Positions 1 to 10,001 of a stretch of 64,000 bases of DNA are shown here, piece after piece. The stretch covers positions 10,581 through 74,580 of the forward strand of contig CAWDWO010000016.1 in the NCBI GenBank assembly GCA_963806035.1. Direction: 5' to 3'. Position numbers and translations under genes: made by a program. The stretch is from Candidatus Krumholzibacteriota bacterium. Its GTDB lineage: Bacteria > Krumholzibacteriota > Krumholzibacteriia > JAJRXK01. Under the pieces are notes generated by a model that ran no database searches, was not told the origin of the DNA, and saw only the letters and a program-made list of their open reading frames with translations. How positions within the stretch are numbered: position 1 is the first letter of the stretch; each line of letters begins with the position of its first letter.

Positions 1-47
1 ATTGGTGAATGAGCGGTCGCCATTGAGCCAATGGAAAAGGTGAAACG

Positions 48-1577
48 ATGAAGCTTCGTGAGGCTCTGCGGACCACTCGCGAAACGGTCTTGCTCGCGCT
101 GCTGATCACACTGTTTCACATCCTCACCGCAAAAGGCTACGGGGTCTTTCGCGACGAGATGTACTACCTGGCCTGCTCCAAACATCTCGCTTTCGGATAC
201 GTCGATCAACCGCCACTGGTGGCGGTAGGCGCCTGGTTCATTCGCCATACTCTGGGCACCTCTCTCTACGCGCTGAGGCTTTTGCCGGCGATCGCCGCCG
301 GCATCACGGTCATTCTCACGGGAGCCATCGCGCGTCAACTCGGGGGCGCTCGATTTGCGCAATTTCTCGCCGCCCTCGCGGTGGCTCTGGCGCCCGAGTT
401 TCTGGGTGTGACGTCGATCTACTCCATGAACGCGTTTGATCTGGTGGCGTGGACGGCGCTCTGTCTGCTCGTGGTGCTGATTCTGAAGAATCGCGAGCCG
501 AAGCTCTGGCTCGTATTTGGACTCGTGGCTGGAATTGGACTGGAAAACAAGCTGAGCGTTCTCTTCCTGGGCTTTGGAATCGCGGTGGGATTGGTGGCGG
601 CACGAGAATGGAAGCAACTCCGAGATCGTCAGCTATGGTTTGGCCTGGCGATCGCAGTACTTCTATTTCTGCCGCATGTCCTGTGGCAGGTGACGCACGG
701 CTGGCCGACGCTCGAGTTCATCAAGAGCGCGACGGAGACCAAGAACGTGGCGCTATCGCCCCTCGCGTTCTTCGCGCGGCAGGTGATGATCATGAATCCC
801 ATCGCTCTACCGCTCTGGCTCGGGGGGCTTCTGTATCTGCTCTTTGCAAAGTCGGCCAGACCCTACCGAAGCCTCGGCTTTGCTTACCTGGCGATCTTCG
901 TCGTGATGGACCTACGGCATGCCAAACCCTATTACCTCACGCCGATCTATCCGCTTTTGCTGGCGGCGGGTGCCGTCATGGTGGGGCAGGCTGCGAGAGG
1001 GCGACACATGGCATGGTTGCGTCCGGCCAGCATCGCATTGATCGCGCTCACCGGGATGGCGATGGCGCCGCTGGCGAAGCCCATCCTGCCAGAAGAGAGC
1101 TATGTGCGCTACGCGGCGGCCCTGGGAGTGGCTCCGGGATCGGATGAAAAGCACGAGGTGGGCCGCCTCCCGCAGTTCTTCGCCGACATGCATGGCTGGC
1201 GCGAGCTAGCGGCATCGGTGGGCGAGGTCTATCAGGCCCTGCCGGCGGCCGACAAGCCACACGCCTACGTCTATGCCTCGAACTACGGCGAAGCGGGCGC
1301 CATCGATTACTTCCGGTCCAGCTACGGGCTTCCCCCGGTGATCTGCGACCACAACAACTATTGGTTGTGGGGGCCTGGAGATTGGGACGGAAAAGTGCTC
1401 ATCGTCATCGGGGAGGAGCGCTCGGACCTGGAGAGTCTCTTTGACAGCGTGGAGGAGGGCGGTCGGTTTCACTGTCAGGATTGCCAGCCAAGCGAGAACG
1501 ATCAGACTCTCTGGGTGGTCCGTGACATGAGAATCGCCCCGAAGGGGCTGTGGCCGCGCCTCAAGCACTACGACTAG
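48..1577 (+). CDS. Glycosyltransferase family 39 / ArnT-PMT-like integral membrane protein (GT-C)
   Basis: 509 aa, many TM segments, N-terminal FRDEMYY...GYVDQPPL motif typical of GT-C/PMT_2 proteins. Confidence 0.85.
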   Translation: MKLREALRTTRETVLLALLITLFHILTAKGYGVFRDEMYYLACSKHLAFGYVDQPPLVAVGAWFIRHTLGTSLYALRLLPAIAAGITVILTGAIARQLGGARFAQFLAALAVALAPEFLGVTSIYSMNAFDLVAWTALCLLVVLILKNREPKLWLVFGLVAGIGLENKLSVLFLGFGIAVGLVAAREWKQLRDRQLWFGLAIAVLLFLPHVLWQVTHGWPTLEFIKSATETKNVALSPLAFFARQVMIMNPIALPLWLGGLLYLLFAKSARPYRSLGFAYLAIFVVMDLRHAKPYYLTPIYPLLLAAGAVMVGQAARGRHMAWLRPASIALIALTGMAMAPLAKPILPEESYVRYAAALGVAPGSDEKHEVGRLPQFFADMHGWRELAASVGEVYQALPAADKPHAYVYASNYGEAGAIDYFRSSYGLPPVICDHNNYWLWGPGDWDGKVLIVIGEERSDLESLFDSVEEGGRFHCQDCQPSENDQTLWVVRDMRIAPKGLWPRLKHYD

Positions 1578-1587
1578 GAAGGTCAAA

Positions 1588-2118
1588 ATGCCATTCGATC
1601 GTCAGCCCCGTCTGGTGGGCGAGCAGCTCGAACTGCGTCCGCTACAAGCCGAGGACTTTGAGGCGTTATTCGCGGTGGCCTCCGATCCGCTCATCTGGGA
1701 ACAGCATCCCGAGAGCGATCGCTACCAGGAGGAAGTGTTCCGGCGTTTCTTTGCCGACGCTTTGAAATCGGGCGGCGCGCTGGTGGCGCTGGATCGCTCG
1801 ACAGCCGAGATCATCGGTTCCTCGCGCTTTCATGGCTACGATCCAGCGGAGGGCGTGGTGGAGATCGGCTGGACCTTCCTGGGACGCGACTACTGGGGAG
1901 GTAGCTACAACGGCGAGATGAAGCGGCTGATGCTGCAGCACGCGTTCCGGACCGTGCAGCGCGTCATCTTTCGCATTGGCCCTGAGAACTTCCGTTCCCA
2001 GAAGGCGGTGGAGAAGATCGGGGGCAAATTCAGCAAGAAAACCACGGATTCTCAGGGCGAGGAGATCTGGGTCTACGAGCTCACGCCAGAACAGTATTCC
2101 CCTCCGAAGAGTGCTTAG
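1588..2118 (+). CDS. GNAT N-acetyltransferase (RimJ/RimL-like)
   Basis: 176 aa; VEIGWTFLGRDYWGG and N.RSQKAVEKIG motifs. Confidence 0.85.
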   Translation: MPFDRQPRLVGEQLELRPLQAEDFEALFAVASDPLIWEQHPESDRYQEEVFRRFFADALKSGGALVALDRSTAEIIGSSRFHGYDPAEGVVEIGWTFLGRDYWGGSYNGEMKRLMLQHAFRTVQRVIFRIGPENFRSQKAVEKIGGKFSKKTTDSQGEEIWVYELTPEQYSPPKSA

Positions 2119-2786
2119 TACGCCGCCTTCAGTGCTCCCCAGCTGGATGCCGCAGCCGGGAGAGGTTCTGGTGGCGAGGGCCAACAATTGGACCAACTGC
2201 CATCTCTTTCCCATTCGAAGACCACGGTGATGCAACCGTCGGGAACACAGCTGGACCAAAGGTTCGCAAGTCCAAAGGAACGAGCTTCAGGATTATCGAC
2301 ACATTCGCTGTATTGCGGAAGCGCGGCGCCAGAAGCATGAGAAGGCTTGATACAGTACAGAACATCGTAATAGGGCAGGGCAACCCAGGTGTAGACGTGC
2401 TTGGCCAGACGGATGTGATCAGGACTGGAGCCCGCCTCGGAATCTCCTTCATGAAAGCATGCGCCTGTGCTCACGCGCACATCCCCGCTCGTGCCGGAAT
2501 TCGTAGCGGTGGTAGGGTAGAGGGTTGGAGCGCTAATGAGAGCCGAGAGATCGGTCGTATCGATTCTATAGTCGTAGCCGGAGAGTTCGGACACTTTAAA
2601 AGTGAGGACGTAGATTTGAGCCGACGGTAGGTTTGCAAGGTCGGGGTTGAGCACGAGTTCAGTGCGGCCATCAACATAAAAGACCGTCCCGGCCTCATCA
2701 AAGGCCATGCCGATCTTTTGAGCAGAAGATATGAATGGAACGAGGAGCTCACTCACCACGATGACGCACAAGATCAGTTTCTTCAT
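2115..2786 (-). CDS. Secreted Cys-rich protein, array paralog 1 (subtype A), SWGALKAAY tail
   Basis: 223 aa; signal peptide ...ISSA|Q; six Cys conserved with three neighbouring paralogs; shared DGRxxLVxNP, GYxYxI, GDVRVxTGxCF, IRLAxHxYxW blocks. Confidence 0.85.
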   Translation of the reverse strand: MKKLILCVIVVSELLVPFISSAQKIGMAFDEAGTVFYVDGRTELVLNPDLANLPSAQIYVLTFKVSELSGYDYRIDTTDLSALISAPTLYPTTATNSGTSGDVRVSTGACFHEGDSEAGSSPDHIRLAKHVYTWVALPYYDVLYCIKPSHASGAALPQYSECVDNPEARSFGLANLWSSCVPDGCITVVFEWERDGSWSNCWPSPPEPLPAAASSWGALKAAY

Positions 2787-2829
2787 TCGGTACTACCCTT
2801 CCTGCAAATTTGAACCTTCGACCAGGGCA

Positions 2830-3486
2830 CTAATACATCGCCTTCAGTGCGCCCCAGCTCCCTGAGTGAACCGCTACCGGGCAATTCGCAGGTTCGCCGT
2901 AGATCCACTCAAAGACGACGAGAACACAAGCATCGGGTATGCATGGTTTGAGATACTTGTTCTCGAGGCCGAAAGGCAGTGGAACTGGATTCGGCACGCA
3001 CTCGGTGTAGTTTGGGGCCACATAGTCCCCCTGCGAGATGGGTCCCATGCAGTACACCACGTCCACGCTCGGAGGGGCGAACCAACTGTAGATATGCCTC
3101 GCCAGGCGAATCTGAGTCGGAACCGGACCGGCATCAGGGTCACCAGCGTGGAAGCAAGCACCGGTTCCCACCCGCACGTCACCGCCGGTCCCGAAGTTGG
3201 CGGAGGTGGCTGTGGGGTAGAAAGTGGGCGTTCCCACGATGGCCGTGGCGTCTGACGAAGTGATCCGATACTCGTAACCGAAGAGTTCTGAAATATCGAA
3301 GGCGATGATGTAGACCACGACCGATGGGAGGTTTCCAAGTTCAGGATTTGGAACAAGCTCAAAGCGGCCATCGATCCATGACCGGATCTCGCTCTCATCG
3401 AGACTAATTCCAATGTTTTGGGCAAACACGCCGGAGCTGAAAGCAAGAGCTGCCATAATCATCATCAGTATCGCGGGCTTCCTCAT
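2830..3486 (-). CDS. Secreted Cys-rich protein, array paralog 2 (subtype B), SWGALKAMY tail
   Basis: 218 aa; signal peptide ...GVFA|Q; aligns end to end with paralogs; GAGG-type RBS upstream. Confidence 0.85.
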   Translation of the reverse strand: MRKPAILMMIMAALAFSSGVFAQNIGISLDESEIRSWIDGRFELVPNPELGNLPSVVVYIIAFDISELFGYEYRITSSDATAIVGTPTFYPTATSANFGTGGDVRVGTGACFHAGDPDAGPVPTQIRLARHIYSWFAPPSVDVVYCMGPISQGDYVAPNYTECVPNPVPLPFGLENKYLKPCIPDACVLVVFEWIYGEPANCPVAVHSGSWGALKAMY

Positions 3487-3532
3487 GACATGACCTCACT
3501 ATCGATCGGGTATCCGATTCAAGAATAAGCCC

Positions 3533-4207
3533 TCAAAATGCCGCTTTCAGTGCCCCCCAGCTCGAGGACTTCGCGGGTACCGTGTTCAACAGTGGCACGC
3601 AGTTCACAGGCGTCACCGCGTCTGTCTCCCACTGGAAATACACCGCGATGCAGGCATCGGACAGACAGTTGTCGGCGTAAATGTCGGAGATGCCGAAGGG
3701 CAGGGAGGGTGAAGAATCCACGCATTCCGAGTATTGCGGGAACGCGGCGCCCGATTCGACGGAGGGCTCTATGCAGTACAGCACGTCCACGTACGGAAGC
3801 GTTAGCCAGCTGTAGATGTGCTCGGCCAGACGGATCTGAGTCGGATCAGAGCCGGCTTGTGCGTCACCCGCGTGAAAACATACTCCCGTTGCCACACGGA
3901 CGTCCCCGGCGGTGCCAGAGTTGCTGGAAGTGTCAGGGTAGAAGGTCGATTCGCCATGGAGGGCTGTCGCGTCTGTCGAGCTGATCCTGTACTCGTACCC
4001 GAAAAGCTCAGGGAGATCGCGGGTGATCACATAGACATGCGCCGACGGCGCACCTCCAAGGGCGGGGTTCGGAACAAGATCGGTTCGACCGTCGATCACG
4101 AAGCTCGAGCCGGCCTCGTTGAAACTCAAGCCGATTGTCTGAGCGGACGATCTGGAGGGCAGGAGCAGGATGCTCAGGGCGAGGGGGAGAATCGAGAGCG
4201 TCTTCAT
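3533..4207 (-). CDS. Secreted Cys-rich protein, array paralog 3 (subtype A), SWGALKAAF tail
   Basis: Start moved to ATG at 4207 (MKTLSILP..., GAGG RBS); 224 aa; aligns with paralogs. Confidence 0.85.
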   Translation of the reverse strand: MKTLSILPLALSILLLPSRSSAQTIGLSFNEAGSSFVIDGRTDLVPNPALGGAPSAHVYVITRDLPELFGYEYRISSTDATALHGESTFYPDTSSNSGTAGDVRVATGVCFHAGDAQAGSDPTQIRLAEHIYSWLTLPYVDVLYCIEPSVESGAAFPQYSECVDSSPSLPFGISDIYADNCLSDACIAVYFQWETDAVTPVNCVPLLNTVPAKSSSWGALKAAF

Positions 4208-4410
4208 GGCGAAGCACACCTCTTGGAGCCGTCTGAGTCCGATTCTATGCCACTGGCGCCAGGAATTCAAGGGATCCACATGCCAGGCTTGCGAGAGGCG
4301 CAGGAATTTGCAACTCTACAGATGCAGGCGCGGCTAGCTTCCCCCCTTCGGTGCCTGCAGAGGCATCCCCCGATCGACCGAAAATTCGCAGCTTTCTCAA
4401 CCAACGAGCC

Positions 4411-5355
4411 ATGCACGACCGTGAACTGGAACAGTGGCGCCACGACCACACCTTTGCCCAGGACCTGCAGAGGCCGGGTGAATCCCGCACGAAAATCGTG
4501 ATTTTGATCACCGCCAGCATGATGGTGATCGAGATATTGGCCGGCCTCAAGTACGGCTCCATGGCTCTTCTTGCCGATGGCCTGCACATGGCGTCGCACA
4601 CCGTGGCCCTCGGAATCGCCGCGTTTGCCTACCTCTATGCGCGCCGCAATGCCGGGAATCCGCGCTTCAGCTTCGGTACGGGCAAAGTTAACGCATTGGG
4701 AGGCTTCACCGGTGCAGTGCTTCTGGCGGTGTTCGCCATTTTCATGGCAGTCGAGAGCGTGGGGCGATTGCTCCACCCCGTCCAAATTGGATTCGATCAA
4801 GCGATTCTCGTAGCGGTCGTGGGATTGGCGGTCAACGGGATTTCCGCGCTGGTCTTGGGGACGGCGGGCGAGTCCCACCAGCATCATGATCACGATCACA
4901 ATCTGAAATCGGCCTATCTCCACGTATTGGCGGATGCACTCACGTCCATCACTGCCATTCTTGCGCTGCTGGGCGCCAAGTACTTCGGTCTGGTTTGGAT
5001 GGACCCGGTGATGGGTATCGTGGGCTCCCTCCTCGTCGCCCGCTGGTCGATGGGACTGCTGGGTACGACAGGAGCCGTACTGCTGGATCGACAAGCTCCG
5101 ACGAATCTGGGGAATACGGTCAAGGAGGCCCTGGAGGCCGACGGAGATACGCGAGTCACGGACTTGCACGTGTGGTCGATCGGCCCCGAGATCTATTCAG
5201 CGCTCATTTCCGTGGTTGCGCAGGAACCCGCGACTCCAGCCGAATACAAGTCGCGCCTCCCCGATGCTTTGGGCCTCGTTCACGTGTCCATCGAAATTCA
5301 TGAGTGTCAATCTGCCGCGAATTCTGGACGTGCGTCCGCCGTCCATCGCTCCTAG
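4411..5355 (+). CDS. dmeF: CDF family Co/Ni/Zn efflux transporter (DmeF-like)
   Basis: N-terminal W.H.H.F, SMALLADGLHMASH, His-rich loop HQHHDHDHN, AYLHVLADALTS, DLHVW; ATG at 4411. Confidence 0.85.
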   Translation: MHDRELEQWRHDHTFAQDLQRPGESRTKIVILITASMMVIEILAGLKYGSMALLADGLHMASHTVALGIAAFAYLYARRNAGNPRFSFGTGKVNALGGFTGAVLLAVFAIFMAVESVGRLLHPVQIGFDQAILVAVVGLAVNGISALVLGTAGESHQHHDHDHNLKSAYLHVLADALTSITAILALLGAKYFGLVWMDPVMGIVGSLLVARWSMGLLGTTGAVLLDRQAPTNLGNTVKEALEADGDTRVTDLHVWSIGPEIYSALISVVAQEPATPAEYKSRLPDALGLVHVSIEIHECQSAANSGRASAVHRS

Positions 5356-5505
5356 CAAGGCGTGTCCTCAGCCGAGGGCAAGCTGCTCGGGCGAACTCAG
5401 GCTTTCCGGCGAATTCCGTAGCGAAGGTCAGTACGATCATGGATCCGACGACTGCGGATTGAGACCTGACTGAGCCTTCTCACACACCAAAGCGAAACGA
5501 GGCAC

Positions 5506-5539
5506 AAAAGACGCGGCCCCGAATTCTCGGAGCCGCGTC
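5506..5539 (-). terminator. Rho-independent terminator downstream of paralog 4
   Basis: 13-bp stem 5510-5522/5527-5539 (one G-U pair on the minus strand), 4-nt loop, followed by UUUU on the minus strand, 36 nt after the stop codon. Confidence 0.7.
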
Positions 5540-5575
5540 AATTTCCTCACCGAGGAAAATCTGATCAAGCCAAGC

Positions 5576-6241
5576 TTAGAAGCTGGACTTCAACGAGCCC
5601 CAGCTCTTCTCCTGCGAACCGACAACGTCGCGGTTGCAGTTGTGAGGAGTAGTGGCATCGTCCCACTCGAAGACGACAACCGCGCAACCGTCGGGGGTGC
5701 AGCTGTCCTGTGAGGTGTTCGCGATACCGAAGGGCAGGGGAGTCGGGCTCTGCACACACTCGGTGTAGTTCGGAGCCGCGTAAGAACCCTGCTGGATGGG
5801 TCCGATGCAGTAGGTCACGTCCACCGCAGGCGTGGCGAACCAGCTGTAGATGTGCTTCGCCAGACGGATGTTCGTCGGGTTGGGTCCTGCCTCGGGGTCA
5901 GTGAGCGTGAAACACTTGCCGGTGCCTACACGAACGTCACCATTGGAGCCGAAGTTGGCACTGGTGGAGGGGTAGAAGACCGGCGTTCCGACGATCGCCG
6001 TGGCGTCGCTGGAAGTGATGTAGTACTCGTAACCGAAGAGCTCAGGAATGTCATACGCGACGACAAAGATCTGAGCCGACGGCAGGTTGCCAAGAGCGGG
6101 ATTCGGGACGAGGTCCGTGCGGCCATCGATGACCGTTTGCGTCCCACCCTCATCGAAGGTAACACCGATATTCTGGGCAAACGACATGGAAGCCATGGCG
6201 AGGATGCCGAGAACCGTGGCGAGAATCATTAGCTTCTTCAT
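5576..6241 (-). CDS. Secreted Cys-rich protein, array paralog 4 (subtype B), SWGSLKSSF tail
   Basis: Start moved to ATG at 6241 (MKKLMILA..., purine-rich RBS GGAGAAAGAGG); 221 aa; signal peptide ...MSFA|Q; own terminator. Confidence 0.88.
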   Translation of the reverse strand: MKKLMILATVLGILAMASMSFAQNIGVTFDEGGTQTVIDGRTDLVPNPALGNLPSAQIFVVAYDIPELFGYEYYITSSDATAIVGTPVFYPSTSANFGSNGDVRVGTGKCFTLTDPEAGPNPTNIRLAKHIYSWFATPAVDVTYCIGPIQQGSYAAPNYTECVQSPTPLPFGIANTSQDSCTPDGCAVVVFEWDDATTPHNCNRDVVGSQEKSWGSLKSSF

Positions 6242-6594
6242 TATGCCTCTTTCTCCTTCTTTGCTTTCTGGGAACTCCACCTTTCTGGAGCCATACCATG
6301 ACGATTCTACGACATCCGCTGACGCGCGGTCAAGCGGGTGGAAGCCATCGGGTGCCCGGAAATCGCTGTCACTATAGGCAATAAGCCCCATTGGCGAATA
6401 AACGTCAAAAATGCCTTTTGCCAGGACGCCAGGGGCGTAGGAATCTCTCTAGCGCAGGATAGGCGCAGGCCCAAGGGAGCCATGAAACACCGCGAATGAT
6501 TGAAGAGTAGTATACGAAGTGGTATTCAGCCCGTAGGGGGTTTTGCGCAAGCGCCGTTCCAGAGATCTCTACCCGCCGGCCGCCAGGAGAAGCC

Positions 6595-6984
6595 ATGAGC
6601 TGCAATTACGAATTCAACCCGAACTCCGATACGATCCAGGTCACGACCACGGGCGCGGCGGAGATCGAGGAACTCGTCGAGATGGTGCGGACGATCGCCA
6701 AGTTATGCGGTGAGCATCCTTCAGCCAACATCCTCGTCGACCACTCCTCCTTGAATGCCGGCCCGGTGACCATGGATGAAGTGCGCACCCTGAGCGGTGT
6801 TACGGTTTCCTTCAAGGGGATCATGGGCAGCAGGAAATGCGCCCACGTCGTCAAAGACGATCTGCAGTATGGTCTAGTCCGCGCCTGGGAGATGATGGTG
6901 GAAGTCAACGGCTATCCCGAGCTGGAGACACGAGCGTTTCGCCAGCGGGAAGATGCAATCAGCTGGACCGCTTCAAAGCAGTGA
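6595..6984 (+). CDS. STAS/SEC14 (SpoIIAA-like) domain protein
   Basis: 129 aa; ILVDHS...K.A.VV...YGL.R...F...EDA..W pattern; AGGA RBS. Confidence 0.65.
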   Translation: MSCNYEFNPNSDTIQVTTTGAAEIEELVEMVRTIAKLCGEHPSANILVDHSSLNAGPVTMDEVRTLSGVTVSFKGIMGSRKCAHVVKDDLQYGLVRAWEMMVEVNGYPELETRAFRQREDAISWTASKQ

Positions 6985-7004
6985 CCCCGGGCCCTCGGAG
7001 CGCG

Positions 7005-7943
7005 ATGCGCTTATTCAGAAGATCGAGCTTCACTATAGTGTTCTTGCTGTGCAGTTGGACGGCTGTCGCGCAAGCAGAGACGCACATCAATCAGAGAGTA
7101 AACTACACTTTCCCATCCTGGGATGAGGCAGCGAGTTCTACCGGCGTAGAGCATTATGCCAATAGGCAAGAATATGAGGCTGCCGTCGCCGATAGCACTT
7201 ATCGACTCCAGAAAATTCACTACTCGAGCGATGGCCTCGATGTCGTCGCCTACTTCTATGCACTGCGAATCTCAGGCCCGGAGAAACGCCCGGCCATCGT
7301 CTTCAATCGAGGAAGCTACCTACGGGGAGACATCGCTCCTGAGCTCGTCGTGATGCTGCACCGACTGGCAGTGGCCGGATTCACCGTAGTTGCTCCCCTA
7401 TACCGCGGGAGTGACGGGGGAGGGGGACAGGATGAAATGGGTGGGGCCGATCTCGATGACCTGATGAACTTGCCCGCGGTACTGGAAGAATTGGGATCGA
7501 TCGACACGCGAAATATCTTTCTCTATGGGGAGTCGCGCGGAGGGATGATGGTGTTTCAGGCGATCCGGGACGGCTTTCCCGCCCGAGCGGCCGCCACCTA
7601 CGGAGCATTCACCGACCTCGAGAAGATGGTCGATAGCGAAGAGGGTCACTCCACGGCTGTGGCCATTTGGCCTCAGTTCGACAAGGAGCGGGGACAGATC
7701 ATCCGGCGCCGCTCCGCGATGCAGTGGCCCGAGCGCCTGAATCTTCCTCTTTTACTCATGCACGGGAGCAAGGACGAGTCAGTGCCCGTGCTCCAGACCT
7801 TGCACTTGGCGAGCGTCTTGAGCAAGGGAAAGACTGACTTCGGTGTCATCGTCTTTCCCGGTGCGAATCACGTGTTAAAAGATCAGGAAGAGGAGCGCGA
7901 TCGCTGTGCCGTGGAATTCTTCCGCCGGTACATGATCGAGTAG
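7005..7943 (+). CDS. Secreted S9 family (prolyl oligopeptidase-like) serine peptidase
   Basis: ATG at 7005, signal peptide; nucleophile GESRGG, HGSKDESV (Asp), GANH (His). Confidence 0.85.
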   Translation: MRLFRRSSFTIVFLLCSWTAVAQAETHINQRVNYTFPSWDEAASSTGVEHYANRQEYEAAVADSTYRLQKIHYSSDGLDVVAYFYALRISGPEKRPAIVFNRGSYLRGDIAPELVVMLHRLAVAGFTVVAPLYRGSDGGGGQDEMGGADLDDLMNLPAVLEELGSIDTRNIFLYGESRGGMMVFQAIRDGFPARAAATYGAFTDLEKMVDSEEGHSTAVAIWPQFDKERGQIIRRRSAMQWPERLNLPLLLMHGSKDESVPVLQTLHLASVLSKGKTDFGVIVFPGANHVLKDQEEERDRCAVEFFRRYMIE

Positions 7944-7977
7944 GCCATATGGATCCAAAGATCTCGATCGGGTTTTC

Positions 7978-9999
7978 TCAGCGTCTGTAGGCCGATACCG
8001 GCTCGCTCGAGGAACTCTCCGAGCCTTTGCCGTCTACCGCAGTGATGGAATAGACATAGGTGGTTCCTCGATTCGCCTCCGTATCGATCCACGATCCCGA
8101 GTCGCTCTTTGGCTCGGCGACGAGTTCGGCCTTTTCCCCTGCGGCATGCCGGTAGATTCGATAGCCCACGACGCTTTCGTCCAGGACTCGAGACCAGGAA
8201 AGCTGGATGCCCTTGGTCGTGGCCGCGGCGCGAACCCCGGAGGGCGAGGGGAGCGAGCTACCGAGTTCGGGTATCTGGACCCTTAGAGGTGTGCTGAGCG
8301 CACTCTTGATCCCGTTGACATCCACCGCCTGCACTGCGTACTCGTAGCTGGCTCCGGTCGTCACCGTGGAGTCGGTGCCGTAGTTCTGGCGCGGTGCATA
8401 GGATTTCGAAGTGAGGATCGGCGAGAATTTCCCGTCGGGAAGATCCCGGCGGAAGATCGCATAACCGGCGAGCGTAGGGTCGCGATCGAGAGATACGTCC
8501 CAAAAGAGCTGCACGCGATCCACCCCCACATTTGCCCGCAGATTGAGGGGGGTGGAGAGCGAGTAGTCGGCCGGAGGCCGTGCGGACGCGCTCTCTGAAA
8601 GTTTGCTCAGGGCGTAGCCGTCGCCTACGGAACGCACCGCGTAGAGGTAACTCGTGCGGCTGTCCAGGGTCCGCGAGGTGTCCGCATAGCTCACCAGCGC
8701 CGAATCGGGAGCAACGAGAGAGGATATCTGCTGCCAGTCAGCCCCCGCGGCCGCTCGGTAGACGAAGTATCCCAGGATGTGCGGTCCCACCCCACGCCAC
8801 GAGATTTGGATTCCTTTGTTCGAAGACAAAGCACGTACGCCTTGGGGTGGAAGTGGAATCTCACCCTGGGTCGCCATGGCCGCCACGACGGCGCTCATCG
8901 CGGACTCGTCGGCCCCCGAAGTGATGATCCGGTAATAGGCATTCTCGTTGGCCGTGGGTACCACGTCGACAAACTCGCGCGCCTCGGGCGATAGGGTGGC
9001 GATTCGCTGGAAAGGTCCGTCGAAGGCGTTGCTTCGCTCGATTTCGATGCTGCGCAAATAGGATTGCCCCACCAGCTTCCACTCGAGTCGAATCTGGTGG
9101 TTCTCTCCCAGCGCAAGCGCGCGCAGGGAGGACACCGCGGGGACGCTCCCGGCGGGGAAAGTCGAAACGGTCACCGGATCCGAGGCTGGACCGGGATTGG
9201 CGAAGTGGTCGACGAGCGAGGCGGTGTATTCGTACACGGAGTTGCGGACCACTTCGTCGTCGCGTCCCACGGCATAGACTGAGTCCCTTACTGCGTGGAA
9301 ACCGCTGATCGCCGGAATCGATTCGAAATCACCCTGCATCTTGTTGCGGCGACGAATGAGAACCCCGGCCGGCTCAGCGTCCGCGGGAACCAACCACCGC
9401 AGATGCACGCGGGCTCCGTCGAAGACCTCATGGGCGTCTCTGAGTCTCTCCGGCGCGGGCAGTGCGCTGTGCGCGGGCCAGGTCGCGCGATTGGTCTCTT
9501 CCGTCGCGCTTCCGAGCTGAATGCGATAGCGGAAGCTGGTGCCATCCTTGGCAGATGCGGCCGTCGTGTCGAGCACTGCGGCTCCCAGGGCGAGATGCGA
9601 AACAGGGATGTTTTGAGCGGGAAGCTCAGTGATCTCATCGTGAGTCTGCAGATAGTCCCAGAGGCGGTCGATGCCCACCGAATCGACCGGTGCCAGTCCT
9701 CGGAAATACGGAGCAAAGTGGCGAACGCGATTCGCGAGTTCTTCGCGTGAACTCGGCGCGGAGCTACGCGCGAGTTGCTTTTGCTCGTTCGCCTCATCGA
9801 AAACTCGGTAAGCCTCGTTCTTGGGGATCGTACTGCCCAGAAAAATCCAGATTCCTCCGGGCGACGCCACGGCCATCGCGTGGGGTTGTTTGGACGCCTC
9901 ATCCTGTGCCTGCGCGCCGAAAGCGCTCAACGCCAGCAGCAGCACCACGACCGCAGAAAGAGATCGTCGCCATTGGCTCGTGTTTCGTGTGCGGCTCAT
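7978..9999 (-). CDS. Secreted multi-fibronectin type III domain protein
   Basis: Signal peptide ...GAQA|Q; about five Fn3 repeats (L.W...GY.IYR...Y.Y.V.AVD..G.ES..S); ATG 2 nt after the upstream stop codon. Confidence 0.8.
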   Translation of the reverse strand: MSRTRNTSQWRRSLSAVVVLLLALSAFGAQAQDEASKQPHAMAVASPGGIWIFLGSTIPKNEAYRVFDEANEQKQLARSSAPSSREELANRVRHFAPYFRGLAPVDSVGIDRLWDYLQTHDEITELPAQNIPVSHLALGAAVLDTTAASAKDGTSFRYRIQLGSATEETNRATWPAHSALPAPERLRDAHEVFDGARVHLRWLVPADAEPAGVLIRRRNKMQGDFESIPAISGFHAVRDSVYAVGRDDEVVRNSVYEYTASLVDHFANPGPASDPVTVSTFPAGSVPAVSSLRALALGENHQIRLEWKLVGQSYLRSIEIERSNAFDGPFQRIATLSPEAREFVDVVPTANENAYYRIITSGADESAMSAVVAAMATQGEIPLPPQGVRALSSNKGIQISWRGVGPHILGYFVYRAAAGADWQQISSLVAPDSALVSYADTSRTLDSRTSYLYAVRSVGDGYALSKLSESASARPPADYSLSTPLNLRANVGVDRVQLFWDVSLDRDPTLAGYAIFRRDLPDGKFSPILTSKSYAPRQNYGTDSTVTTGASYEYAVQAVDVNGIKSALSTPLRVQIPELGSSLPSPSGVRAAATTKGIQLSWSRVLDESVVGYRIYRHAAGEKAELVAEPKSDSGSWIDTEANRGTTYVYSITAVDGKGSESSSSEPVSAYRR

Positions 10000-10001
10000 C
10001 T

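Noticed and set aside
2115..6241. Diversity-generating retroelement or CRISPR-like repeats behind the paralog similarity
   Set aside because: No reverse transcriptase in the window. Differences are spread over whole genes and all base types, and the repeats are coding paralogy.
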